From Gracilinanus agilis (Eukaryota): DNA of 64,000 nucleotides. The DNA lies in NCBI RefSeq assembly GCF_016433145.1, contig NC_058130.1, positions 755,179,455 to 755,243,454 of the forward strand. The letters are read 5' to 3'. Numbering within the stretch: position 1 is the first letter of the stretch; each line of letters opens with the position of its first letter. Positions 33,501 to 44,800 of this stretch are shown here, in pieces. A model generated the notes under the pieces. It ran no database searches. It saw only the letters and a list, made by a program, of their open reading frames with translations, and was not told the DNA's origin. Both the position numbers and the translations under genes were made by a program.

Positions 33501-36500
33501 GTTGTCACTGCCCTCCCCTTAACCCGTTGCCCGCTGTGGATTTCATAGAGGCAATTCTAACTCCTGGCTTTGATGGCTCTTGAAGGTATCTCTATGCATC
33601 ACAGAAGTCAGATCAATCCACGTTACTCACAGAAGCAGCATTCTCCCTGCACCACATGGAGACACCAGCTGGAAAGGTTGGACTCCCTGCATTCTAGCGT
33701 CATAGCCACACCAGCAGCGGAAACGCAGGCCATACAGCATTCTCTCTGGCAACCAGGGAGGAACAAAGAAGGGTATGCCATCACCTGCTTCGAGGGAATC
33801 CACTTCCTTAAAATAGAGATTAGACCTCTGATCCTGCCTTGTTGCTGTTAAAATTTTTTTATTTTCTAAATAACCATTATTCTGTCTTAGAAACAATTTT
33901 AAGACAGAAGGGCAAGGGTTAGGCAAATGAGATTAAGTGACTTGCCAGGGTCTCACTGCTAAGGAATGTCTGAGGTCAGATTTGAATTCAAGTCCTCTTG
34001 ACTTTAGGACTGGTAGATACTCTGTGCTACCTGGCTGCACCCTCCCTTCCTAAATTTGTTGAATTCAGAATAGAATAACATGGAACAAAGGCAGAGGGAA
34101 ACCTTACGATGTGGTATGTTAGTTCATAGACGAGGACACGTCCTTTCTTCTGTCTCAAACCAGATTTGGGGGCATATAGCCTACCTGAGGCCTTCACACT
34201 CTCTACCTCTGGAACTTAATTTATATTTACCTTTCTGTCTGTTGTGTCCATCAGGTGGAATGTGATCTCTTTGAGGGCAGGGACCATTTCTTTCTCCGCA
34301 GCCCACTCTTGTGCTTGATACCAGACACAGAGATGTTTAATAAGTGGATGTAGAGTTGAGTGGCAAAAAGCTGGGTTGGTCATCGAAAGAAGGGAAATAT
34401 GGAGAGCTAGGCTTGCTTTTGAGCTTCCTTTCCTCTCTCACTGGAATACAAAGCAAAAGCAGTGAGCCACCCAAAGGACTCTTCTGCCAGATAATAGAAG
34501 ACAATACCCTACAGCAGCTTTATTTGGCAGAGAAAGAAGGGATAGTGACTGAGTGCTCAACCTTTGCTACAACCATAAACTTTGAGCATTGGAGTTATAA
34601 AAAAAAAATCATTAAGGCTGATGAAGTTTCTTTTGAGATTGCTGCTGCTAGCTTAACAAAAGTAAGCTTGCTTTGGCTCCCATGCACACTTTATAGCTGT
34701 ACATGTTGTCAGATGAATTAAAATACTTCTCTTCTTTACAGGTTAAAATGTGGCCCTCTACCCAAAGCAAGATGTAAGTCACTAAAGATTTTTCGAAGAC
34801 CCAGCAAAGCTTTCAGACACCCAGGTAAATACCCAATTTAAAAAAGGGACTGGCTATTGGGACCAAAAAAAACCAAAAACAAAAACAAAAAAAAACGGAA
34901 CAGGGGCAGCTGGGAAGCTCAGTGGATTGAGAGTCAGGCCTAGAGACGGGAGGTCCTAGGTTCAAATCTGGCCTCAGACACTTCCCAGCTGTGTGACCCT
35001 GGGCAAGTCACTTGACCCCCATTGCCCACCCTTACCACTCTTCCACCAAGGAGCCAATACAAAGAAGTTAAGGGTTTAAAAAAAAAAAGAGCAAACTAGC
35101 TTAAATTTTTTATTTCAATGAAATATAATTAGATTTCTCCTCTTGAATATGGTCAGAATTCAGGAGCTAATTTGCTTCTCCCTATCTTGATAAATTAAAA
35201 AATAAATATAAATGTGGTTTAGGTCAAGTATAAGTTGATAACATCATCAGCCTAAGCTGGAAGGACCTTTAGAGGTCATCTTGGAGGCCCAAAGAGCATC
35301 TTGCTGAAGGCTATCCTGGTAGTGATAAGAGGGAGAAGTTAAACATTTTTTTGGATCCCCAAAGCAGTGCTGGTGCCATTGTTTCCATATTGAGAGTCAA
35401 CAAATAAGTTTTTGTTTCTATGGGTAGTTTTTACTTTTTTTTCTTTTAAACCCTTACCTTGTGACTTAGAATCCATACTAAGTACTAGTTCCAAGGCAGA
35501 AGAGTGGTAAAGACTAGGCAATTAGGATTAAGTGGCTTGCCCCAGGACATACAGCTAGGAAGAATCTGAGGCTACACTTGAACCCAGGACCTCCTGTCTG
35601 TAGACCTGGTTCTCAATCCACTGAGCCACTTAGCTGCCCTGGTACTTTTTATTTTAAAACTAGGTACATGTCATTTTTGTGGCCACAGAACTACTAAAGG
35701 ACTCTATGGTAGAAGAATCAGAAGCCTCAAGTATTAGGACTTTTCAGGCTGTAGTTACATTTGTTCGGCACTCATTCAGCGAACACTAAGTGCTGTGTAA
35801 GAAAACACAAAGATGAAGATATGATTTCTGCCCTAAAGAAATGTATAGCCTACTAAGGAAGGGAAAAGACATATCAAGCTAGTGTTTAAGGATGCGACAG
35901 CCAGGAGTTGGAGGGAGGGCATTCCAGAAATAGAAAATCACACAACCAAGACAAGTAGGGACAAACGTAGGTATTGGGTGGGCAGACAAGGACTATTAAA
36001 AGTCCACTTTGGTCAATCAATCACGTATTTAGTGCTCAGTATGTGCCAGGCACTGGGCTAAGTACTAGGAATATATATAGAGGCAAAAACACAAGAACAA
36101 TGTATGTTTTAATAGTTTACATACTGAGGAAAACGACATGTAAATAAGCAAACACATACGTGATACATATAGGAGAACTGGCTTGGAGGACTTGGAAGGC
36201 CTCTTGTGGAAAGTGGCATTTGAGCCGAATCTTGAAAGAAGCCAGGGATGTCAAGGTGTAGAGACGAGGTGGGAGGGGATTCCAGGCACGGGGCCACAGA
36301 CAGCGCAAAATAGGCTGCTATTTCTGGAATGTAGAATGTGTAGGAGGGAGGCAAGTGTGAGAGATTGGAAAGGGTAGGAAGGGGCCAGATTGTAAAGTTT
36401 TAAAGGTCTATCAGAGAACTTTACATTTGATCCTGGAGATAACTGTGGACCACTAGAATTTGAGTAATGGAATGGCACGGTCAGACTGATATTTTAAGAA

Positions 36501-37379
36501 AATCATTTTGAGAGACAGCTAGGTGGCTCAGTGAATAGTGCCATGTCTGATGAGGGGAGGTCCTGGGTTCAAATTTGTTCTTAAGACACTTCCTAGCTGT
36601 GACCCTGGGCAAGTCACTTAAACCCCATTGCCTGGCCCTCACTATTCTTCTACCTTGGAACCAATACTTAATACTGATTCTAAGACAGAAAGTAAAGGTT
36701 TAAAAAAAAAAAAGATGCAAGCACGGTTAAGAGAATGGCAGTGCCACTAACAAACAGGGAAGTTAGAAAAGGAACAAATTTTTGGGAAAGATGATTAATT
36801 TCCTTTGGAAGATAATGAATCTGAAATGCTGATAGTCAAATATCTTACGTCTCCACTTCCTGTTTCACAGAAGTTTTGAAGACATCTTTGTAAACCATTA
36901 AGTATTTTATGTATGTGTATACTATGGAGAATAAAATGTTAAAATCTAGAACTTTCAAGTACTGTGCCCATCAAAAAGAGAAGGAATGGGGAAATATAAT
37001 GCTAGGAGTTGCAAGTATAGAGCTAGATAATCTCTAGTACAAAGAACATTTCTGTACCCCTCAGGGGGAGAAGTGATGATGGCTTTAGAAATAACGCAGT
37101 AAAGAATACCAAAAGGGAAAACTGAACTGTTAAGTATATCCATAATGTCAGGTAAAGCTTTCGAGTGCTTAACAATCATTTTGATGGTGGTAATCATAAT
37201 GACCTTAAGACTCCAGAATGACACGCAGCTAGCTGGTTGTTAGCAGACATTATCTTTTTCTTTCAGCTTTCACAAATGATTCTGACTCATATATGAGTGA
37301 AGAAAAAAGAGATGAAGATTTATTAAATAAATGTATGCAGTCAATGTCGATAGAAGAACAAGGGGAAAATCTGATGTGA
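21421..37379 (+). CDS. FAM216A: FAM216A (C12orf24 homolog), complete CDS of 756 nt (251 aa); exons 21421-21503, 29388-29428, 31104-31222, 33358-33487, 33586-33772, 34742-34824, 37267-37379
   Basis: The spliced translation contains HIARLQELWNTPQ, HPELTTGQKRYLCSIAKIY, RYSQKQHSPCTTWRHQLER, RCKSLKIFRRP and MQSMSIEEQGENLM*, matching recalled FAM216A. Exon phases are consistent, and the gene sits between GPN3 and VPS29 as in human. Confidence 0.94.
23039..23121. repeat. Mixed alternating purine-pyrimidine tract
   Basis: gtgtgtgcacatgtgtgtatac...gcatgcgtgcatgtgtgtgtatgcacaca. Confidence 0.8.
23380..23620 (-). mobile_element. RTE-clade LINE reverse transcriptase fragment
   Basis: Hand translation of the minus strand gives FLINGEFCQMLVFVDDIALTTSKPRM, a degenerate FADD motif in RTE-like context. 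Confidence 0.65.
23800..25100 (-). mobile_element. Old L1 3' fragment interrupted by three tandem SINEs (about 24100-24295, 24312-24435, 24607-24800)
   Basis: L1 3'-end homology flanks three minus-strand SINE copies. Confidence 0.65.
25387..25560 (+). mobile_element. CORE-SINE
   Basis: Homology to the other copies. Confidence 0.8.
26375..26625 (+). mobile_element. MAR1-like SINE (CORE plus RTE-derived tail)
   Basis: Tail GGAGAAGGAAATGGCAAA...GACACAACTGAA..TGACTGAACAAC. Related copies at 27445-27677 (+) and 28255-28480 (-). Confidence 0.8.
26930..27330 (-). mobile_element. L2 LINE 3' relic
   Basis: Same L2 tail pattern as at 18090. Confidence 0.6.
27445..27677 (+). mobile_element. MAR1-like SINE
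   Basis: Same RTE-type tail as at 26375. Confidence 0.8.
27790..27960 (-). mobile_element. Young CORE-SINE
   Basis: High identity to the copy at 1391-1585. Confidence 0.85.
28828..29023 (-). mobile_element. Young CORE-SINE
   Basis: Full-length reverse copy. Confidence 0.85.
29388..29428 (+). CDS. FAM216A: FAM216A exon 2 (SAGDPCYQNPKCP), 41 nt
   Basis: Acceptor TTAACAG, donor GTAAGT. Confidence 0.88.
29735..30528. mobile_element. Cluster of three young SINEs: 29735-29940 (+), 30052-30225 (-), 30343-30528 (+)
   Basis: Full-length copies; the last has TSD TA(T/C)CAGAAATAG. Confidence 0.87.
31104..31222 (+). CDS. FAM216A: FAM216A exon 3 (DRIEEEQKVEPHIARLQELWNTPQ...PFLK), 119 nt
   Basis: Acceptor CCACAG, donor GTATGG. 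Confidence 0.93.
31261..31640. other. Assembly gaps: N at 31261-31456 and 31505-31640, around a 48-bp TTCC-rich island
   Basis: N runs are directly visible. Confidence 0.99.
31641..32090. mobile_element. Two SINEs: about 31641-31830 (-) and 31940-32090 (+)
   Basis: Homology to the other copies. Confidence 0.75.
33358..33487 (+). CDS. FAM216A: FAM216A exon 4 (HPELTTGQKRYLCSIAKIY...SQKP), 130 nt
   Basis: Acceptor TTTCAG; non-canonical donor CAG|GCAAGT. Confidence 0.92.
33586..33772 (+). CDS. FAM216A: FAM216A exon 5 (GISMHHRSQINPRYSQKQH...RNKEG), 187 nt
   Basis: Acceptor TTGAAG, donor GTATGC; part of ORF 33570-33851. Confidence 0.93.
34742..34824 (+). CDS. FAM216A: FAM216A exon 6 (LKCGPLPKARCKSLKIFRRPSKAFRHP), 83 nt
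   Basis: Acceptor TTACAG, donor GTAAAT. Confidence 0.92.
34903..35088 (+). mobile_element. Young CORE-SINE (short-tail variant)
   Basis: Near-identical to 30343-30528 and 62209-62385. Confidence 0.87.
35440..35640 (-). mobile_element. CORE-SINE
   Basis: Homology to the other copies. Confidence 0.78.
35990..36510 (-). mobile_element. L2 LINE 3' relic
   Basis: Same L2 tail and body pattern. Confidence 0.6.
36515..36712 (+). mobile_element. CORE-SINE
   Basis: Homology to the other copies. Confidence 0.78.
37267..37379 (+). CDS. FAM216A: FAM216A last coding exon (AFTNDSDSYMSEEKRDEDLLNKCMQSMSIEEQGENLM*)
   Basis: Acceptor TTTCAG; TGA at 37377-37379. Confidence 0.93.
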
Positions 37380-37806
37380 ATTTTATACTCCTAACTCATA
37401 GTCCTGGTTTTATTTATTGGCCCAAATCCAAGTTGTTAATTCTACAAAGTCATGTGCCAAAGGAAGAGGTTGTGAATTCTGTTCATAACTAATATTAGGT
37501 CAGTACTGTGTTATTCATTATATAGTCTTATTGGCTAGTTTGGAATCATTCCAAAATTGGGCTTGTGAATGTGTCACTGGTTTGATGTAGTTCAGTGTTT
37601 CGGTGATATTTGTGCAGTAAAATTTCTCTGTAATCCAAGCTTGTATTTATAGGCAGACACATTTAAAACCTTTCCTGCCATTTAAAAAGAAAAATAAGAA
37701 TTCTTTTAGTTTTCTTTAAAGCATTTGCTACCAAAGGCTATTAAACAGTAAATTTTGCATAAGCATCCTGCTGTAAAAGTGATTCTTTCTCTCTCTGTGC
37801 TAACTC

Positions 37807-37812
37807 AATAAA
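37807..37812 (+). terminator. Candidate FAM216A poly(A) signal AATAAA
   Basis: AATAAA about 430 nt after the stop. Alternative ATTAAA hexamers lie near 37740, 37970 and 38329. Confidence 0.55.
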
Positions 37813-38371
37813 CATTTGTTGAATTGGACTTTTTGATTATTACTTCCTAAGTAAGATGAATGGATCAACAATGGAGATAGTTACACGGCCACTTAATGTG
37901 CACCTTTAACATGGAAATGTATGGTACTTCATATTCGGTACCTCAAGAAAAGTCCTTATATACAAACCCATTAAACAGAAGGCAATGATTTCACTAAAAA
38001 TGCCTTAGATGTCCTTAAGTAAGAACTTCTCAAGGATGCTGCAGTGCTTTCTACAAATCATTAATTACTTGAAAAAGCTAAGCTGTCGAGGATCAACATT
38101 TTAAAATGAAGATAACTTCAGACTTACCTGACAAACTTGATTGGTACATAACTTTTCAGAAACATCTTGTTTGAGGAAAGGGAGATCATATTTACACATG
38201 GAGGATAAATCCAGAGATGCCCCCAAATCTTGTCAAACGGGCTTCGTTCTCAGAGACTGTAGAGATTACTTTATCCTATGGTTCCTACCCATGTTTTCAT
38301 TTGATCCCTCATTTTTCCAAGTTTGAATATTAAAACACAGATTATCAAGGAGGGTAAGTGAAAGGTAAGTG

Positions 38372-38377
38372 TTTATT
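38372..38377 (-). terminator. Candidate VPS29 poly(A) signal AATAAA
   Basis: TTTATT on the plus strand, about 370 nt after the VPS29 stop. Confidence 0.7.
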
Positions 38378-38746
38378 ACAGTATAAAGAAGAAGATAGTG
38401 TATACAACGAGGCAGTCTGCAACTCTTCTATTCGTGCACTATGTTGGTAACAAAAGCTTGAATGTTAACATTGAAAATATTTACAGAGCTAAACTTTTTT
38501 TTTTTTCTTAACATATGTCCATTTACCATGTGGTACAAGTTAATTCCTTGGAAATCATGTCCTATAAACTAAATACATTCATATAGTTTACAATAAGCTT
38601 GCTGCAAATTATGTATCACCAAGTAAGATTTTCATTTTTAATGCATAATACTTTAAAAATGTCACAATTTTGTGGCTTCTGAATGCTTAATTACTTGATT
38701 TGAGCAAAGGAATGGAACAAAAAAGATCACCAAGATAGGCCTGGTT

Positions 38747-38864
38747 TTAGGATTTTTTATATTCAATTCTTTCTACTTTCACATCATCTCCAATTAGCTG
38801 ATACACATAAGTGACCACTGTAGAAGCTTGGATATCCATCAGTACAAATGAAGGAATGATGTTT
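38747..38864 (-). CDS. VPS29: VPS29 last coding exon ([38 protein letters not shown])
   Basis: Acceptor TTCCAG; TAA at 38749-38747. Confidence 0.97.
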
Positions 38865-41800
38865 CTGGAAAGGAAAAAAAAATTGTTAATGCTTTGTATT
38901 TAAGTGACACTATTACTCTAAACTTATATTGTCAAGTTAACAATTTAGAAATAATACTCAGTGCTATATCTGGTTGCAAATCCTCAAGTTAAAAAGGTAA
39001 TCAGCTAGAGCAGATATATATAGTTAAAGGATAGGTACAAACAGTTCTCAGAAAAATTGTAAACTATTAACCAACAAATGAAAGAATGCTCCATGTCACT
39101 AATAATTAGAGAAATGAAAATCAAAAGAATGCTGAAGTTTTGTCTCATCCCCCTCCCCCAAAATTTGCAAAGATGTTGGAGAGGCTGTAGGAAGACAGAC
39201 ACATTAATATATTGTTGGTGGAGCTCAGAATCAATATAGCAATTGGAATTCTACATATAAAATGATTCAAATGTCCATACCTTTTGACCCAGTGATTCCA
39301 CTACTAAGCATATACTCCAAGGAGGTCATTTATAAGAAGAAAACCTCCATATATACCAAAATATTTAAGAGAGCACTTTTTATGATAGCAAAGAATTGGA
39401 GGCAAAGTAGATGTCCATCAATTGGGGAATAGCTAAACAAATGGTGGCATATGAATGTAACAGACTATTAAAGAGCTAATGAATACAAGAAGTCAGAATT
39501 ATAAACCTCTGATGCAGACTGAGGTAAGGAAATTCAAGTAAACAAGATACACAACGACTACAACAATATAAATGGAGATCAAGAATCACAAAATCAAAAG
39601 TGAATGTTATAAAACTACAAAAAACAAGTATGGCTCTAAAGAAGGGATATAAGACAACACTTCCACCTTATTCCTTTGCAGAGAGGGGAGATCTGAGTAC
39701 AGTACATTGCATGATTTTTAGATTTTTTCCCCCTACATATTGATCAGTTTTATTGGTACATTTTTCTCCTCATTAAATACATTTTTTGTTACATGAGATA
39801 ATTTACTGGGACAGGAAAGGGTACCGGAAAGATTGATCCTGGGTGAAATTCTAATGATATAAAGCAAAAAAAAAAACAAGAATTTATCATTAAAAATTTA
39901 GTTTATAAAAAGGAAAAGTAAGTTTCTAAGCAAAGGATTAGTAGTTAACATTTTTTTCTTCTATTGTGAGTTTCAGCTTAATGCTAATAAAATAGTAAGA
40001 ATCAAAAGTAACATTATTACTACTCACGTTTCCAGAGCATTATAGGCTCCAGTGGCAGATCCTGGATTAATGTAGAACTTATTTTCATGTTCAAAGGCCT
40101 CAAATTTGTGTGTGTGTCCTGAAATGAGAATGTCTACATCAAACTGTCTTTGCAGCAATGCTAAGCTAGCCATATCGCCCCATGGAATAACTTGATGTCC
40201 GTGGATCAAACCAATTTTGAACTGCCCAACAGTCACAACCTTCTGTTCTGGATAATTCAGATTCTAAAAGAGGAAACAGACATACAGAATACACATGCAT
40301 TTTAGAAGTAATGACATTTAAAAAACTTTCTCTAAAACAGCCTTTCTTCTTTTTTTTTTAAAACCCATACCTTCTTAGTATCAATTTTAAAGCAGAAGAA
40401 CAGTAAGGGCTAGGCCAGTGATGGGCAACCTTTTGAGCCTGTTGTGTCAAAATTCGCCAAAAAACAGTATAACTCGAGTGGTGTGTCACTTCGAGAAAAA
40501 AAAAACCATAATCTCACAATATTTATAGTTTAAATAACAAAAATGTATAATTGTACTATATATCTCTATTTAATAAACCAAAATAGGTAAATTAATATAG
40601 GGAGAATTGTCATCTATAGTGCACAGAGTGTCTATACTACAGCAAATATTTCATCCTTGGCATGCGGCCCCATACTTCTCTGTATGCGGCCGCATGTCAT
40701 TGAAAATAGCCACATGTGTCAGTGCTGACATGCATGTCATAGGTTTGCCATCACCAGGCTAGGCAATTTGAGTTAAGTGACTTCCCAGGGTCTCACAGTT
40801 AGGAAGTATTTGAGGTCAGATTTGAATCCAGGGCCTCCTGACTCCAGGCTTGGAGCTATGGCCACTTCTAATCAGACATTTTTCAATAAATTAACAGTAC
40901 TGTGTCTTATGTTTATATATTTATTTTCCATATACTGCCTTTTATAAAATAGACACTAAGTACATTTTTTAAACATTTAAACATTTTTAGTTTTAAAAAA
41001 TTTAAATGCTTATTAATGGAAATTAGTTTATAATACTGGTTGTCCCCAAGAAAAAATCTAGGAAGTGTTGACGAAAAGTAAATTTGAATGTCATATTGTC
41101 TTTTTCTCTATTAAACTCATTTCAAGGCAAATGTGATCTTATAGGTATCAGAAACTTGCTGGGATAAGACTCATCAAGCTTTGCCTCTAAATAGGCACCC
41201 TAACTCAAAAGAAACAAGGGAGGTAAAAAAGGGAGGTCTTGTGGATGGTGTAGCATGTATGTCAGGAACTTATGCTCAAGTGAGAAAATTGAGGCAGATC
41301 AATGGACTGAGTCCAGGAAACATCACAGGTCTGGCAGAGAGGCCAGATACAGTAGTTATGGGGAACTTCAAATATTCAGACATCTGCTGGAGCTGTTTGC
41401 CTGATTTACCTTAATGAAAGTTCAATTCTTCAAAAGGTAAAGGAACCAGGAAGAAAGAATTCTGTTCTAGATCTGATTCTCATTAACAGGGAGGAATTGG
41501 TTGCTAGGATGGAAATGATTGAAAGCCTCAAGGTAGAAACTCCTGGAGTTTGTCTTACAGAAGAGGGAAGCTCAGCATAGTTTGACATGTGCTAGATTTC
41601 AAAAAGGTTTATATAATATTTCAGGGACTATCTTTCTATAAGGGAGAGCAACACTCATGAGGGTTATGAAATTGTCCAGAATGAAATTTTGAAGGCATGA
41701 AGGGAAAAATTCTGATGAAGAATAAAAATGAGTTTTCTTAAGAGACTGATATGATTGCATAGAGAGCTCACTAACTAATCTAAATTAAAAAAAAATTTAA

Positions 41801-44800
41801 CAGAATACGGAAGCAAGAGAAGCTAACAAGCTGATTTTAAAAAGTATAGCCTGGTCCTCTGAGAATATGAGATGCTAAAACTTAAAATGAGGTAAGGTTG
41901 GCAAAAATCCAGGATAGAAACAGGATTTTAAAAAGCCACATGGGGGCTGGGAGTGGAGGCAGCTAGGTGACTCAGTGGATAGTCAAGCCTAGAGAGGGAA
42001 ACCTGGGTTCAAATTTGACTTTGGACATTTCCCAGCTGTGTGACCCCGGGCAAGTCACTTAACTCCACTTGCCTAGCCCTTACTGCTCTTCTGCCTTGGA
42101 ACTGATACTCAGTATTGACTCATCTAAGATGGAAGGTAAAAATTTAAAAAAAAAAGAAAAAAAGCCAGATGGGAAGGCAGGTCGAAAAGAAAAATATCCC
42201 CAAAATGATAAGACCACTGTTTGAAGTAAATGGGATGATTATAAGAACATTTTGCTTCTGTTTTTTTTCTGCCAGGGAAGATTTTTGGATTGGGGAAAAA
42301 AAAATACAACAAAAATAGCTAATAAGGAATTGATAGTCAATATAAGTATGGAAATAATAAAGAGCACTCAAGTAACCTCTGGTGATGCATTTCAGTCATA
42401 TGAATTACATATTCATCAGTGTGATGGGAACAGTATCATAATACCCTCTTCCCTTCCCTCATGTAAATGAGGTCAGTTTTTTCTTAAAAGCACTGAAATT
42501 GCTTTAATATTTAATTGGCTCAGGGGACTAAAACTGGGGCCATTGATATAGCTTCCTGGCTGTCTGGATATAAAATAGCTAAGGGAGAAGGGATGAGTTA
42601 CTTACTCTAGTTTGTGACCAGAGATCTACAGCCTGGATGTACTCAACTGAATCAAAAATATATCCTAGATAATAATCTTTTCTCTGCTCTGATTATCTTT
42701 TTCTTTTTTTTTTTGTCTGTTAGGGCCAAGTAAACCTTCTTTTGTTAATAGTTAGATTGATTTCAAGGGTCTCATTTTGTTCTGATTACAGACCTAAACT
42801 ATATAGCAGTGATGGAGAACCTTTTAGAGACCATGTGCTGCAACCCCCTTGCCCCCCTTACCCCACACAGGGGAGGGAGGAAGTGCTCCCATTGGGCTGC
42901 TGGTCAGATGTGTGGCTGAAGTGAAGAATGTCCTCAGGTGCATGGAGAGGGGAAGGGGAATGGCTCGAGTGCTCCTCCGGAGTCCCCCTGCCTTTCTAGT
43001 AATGAACTTGGGGGGGGGGGGAGAGAATGGCAGTGCAGGCCTTCTTTGGCACACATGCCATAGGTTCTCCATCACAGCTATATAGGGACCAGCCCCCAGG
43101 CAGGCCTAGACCACAACATACTAAAAGAACTGGCAGATGGAGTTGCTGAATGACAATCACAAATATTTGAAGGACTATAGTATATAGGAGGATTAAAAAT
43201 ATTCCAAAGGTACAAAGGATAAAAGTCCCAATTTTTTAAAAAAAGGGGTAGAAAATGGATAGAGAGAACTATAGGCCAATGTGATTCACTTTAATTCTTG
43301 GGGAAAAAGAGTGGCATGTATTATCAAAGTTATTAGTGAATACCTAGATGAGGCTACAATGATTATAAAGAATCATGCAGAAAACATGAAGAAATGCAGA
43401 CTAGATGATAGTATAATAAGAATTATTTGAAACTGGTTGAATAACCATATTCAAAGAGTAGTTATTAAGGGGTTCAATACCTGGAGCAGCTAAGTGGCTA
43501 CAGTCTAGAAGATAGGAGGTCCTGGGTTCAAATCTGACCTCAGACACTTCTAGCTGTGAGACTCTGGACACCTCTACTGCTTAGCCCTTACTGCTCTTCT
43601 GCCTTGGAACAGATTCATAGCATTGATTCTAAGAAGGAAGGTAAGGGTTTTTATTTAAATTTTTAAAAAAAGGTTCAATACCTGACTAGGTAGGTCTTCC
43701 GTGGAATGCCTCCTGGTCCAATTCTGTTTAACATTTTTCTTTATCAATAACTTAAACAAAGATATGGCTTGCATACCCATCCAATTTGCATATGGCACAG
43801 AGATGGGAGTGATGACTTAGAGATCTCATTTTCACTTCTACAGTCTGCCACCTTTCCTTTAACAGGTTAAAAGGCAAGCATCACTGCTGTTCACTGATAT
43901 CTTCATTAGTCAAGCCTAGCACTTTTCCCTGATACAAATACATTATGTTACTCATGCCACCAATTTAGTTGTATATAGGAAAAATATATGCATGGATTAT
44001 CAGTAATTCTAAGAAATCTGAAATATTCAAATCAGAATCATAAAACTTAAGTGCCAGTAGAAACCATCTAGATTTTCTAAAACAAGTGTCTCATTTGCCA
44101 AAGGCCACACAGCTGCTCCAAAAAAGGGCTATGGCTAGAACTCCTGCCCTTTCTTCTGGCATTACTAGAGCATGGCTGGCTCTCTGGCTGAACCATCTGA
44201 TTTAGATACATTTGAAATAACAGCAAATTCAAAAAAATAAAAGCAAAACTATTTTGTTTAGCGATGATTAAAAATAGTTTAGCCAACATTATGTCCAAAA
44301 AACTAAATAAAAAGAAATAATAAAAATACATCACCTCATCAAAGTCTCCTCTAACAATGTGGACATCCCCAGCTAGAGTCTTGAGATAGTCATAGCTTTC
44401 TTTGGTGCAAAGATTTCCAGTGCAGAGGATATGCTGAATTTTTCCAGGCACCAGCAGTTTTTTGAATTTAGCTGGCAGACTGTTGCATCGGTGGGGGATA
44501 TGCAGGTCTCCTAATACTAACACCAACTTATTAGGTGTCAGGGTGTGAAATAATAACACATATTAAATGTTATATGAGGCAAAACAAAAGTTAACAGATA
44601 GCAATGTATAAACTTATATTCTTTCCCCTTAATTCTCCTACAAATGAAATGCAACAAAAAAGATTGAAGAATTCAACAGACAAAAGAAATCATTCTTACT
44701 CAATACAAAGTGATCATTAAGAGAAATTCATTGCTCCTACTCGGCTCAAAAAATAAGCTGGTTTTGCTTTGGACCCCATAGATGTGTACATTCAATGTAT

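Larger units (their letters stand above)
41100..43810 (+). mobile_element. CR1/L3 LINE relic (endonuclease and RT remnants), interrupted by SINEs and a MITE
   Basis: [15 protein letters not shown] (CR1 GDFNYPDICW) and LDLIL.NREELV; further on [16 protein letters not shown]...NYRP and GPILFNIF...INNL...QFA motifs. Confidence 0.8.

Noticed and set aside
33516-33524. CCTTAAC, a U12-type branch-point-like motif in the FAM216A GC-AG intron
   Set aside because: It is about 60 nt from the acceptor, and the donor GCAAGT is U2-type rather than GTATCCTT or ATATCCTT.
44077-44334. Extension of the VPS29 ORF past the exon donor
   Set aside because: Intronic AT-rich and MIR-like read-through; a good GTGATG donor restores the conserved protein.
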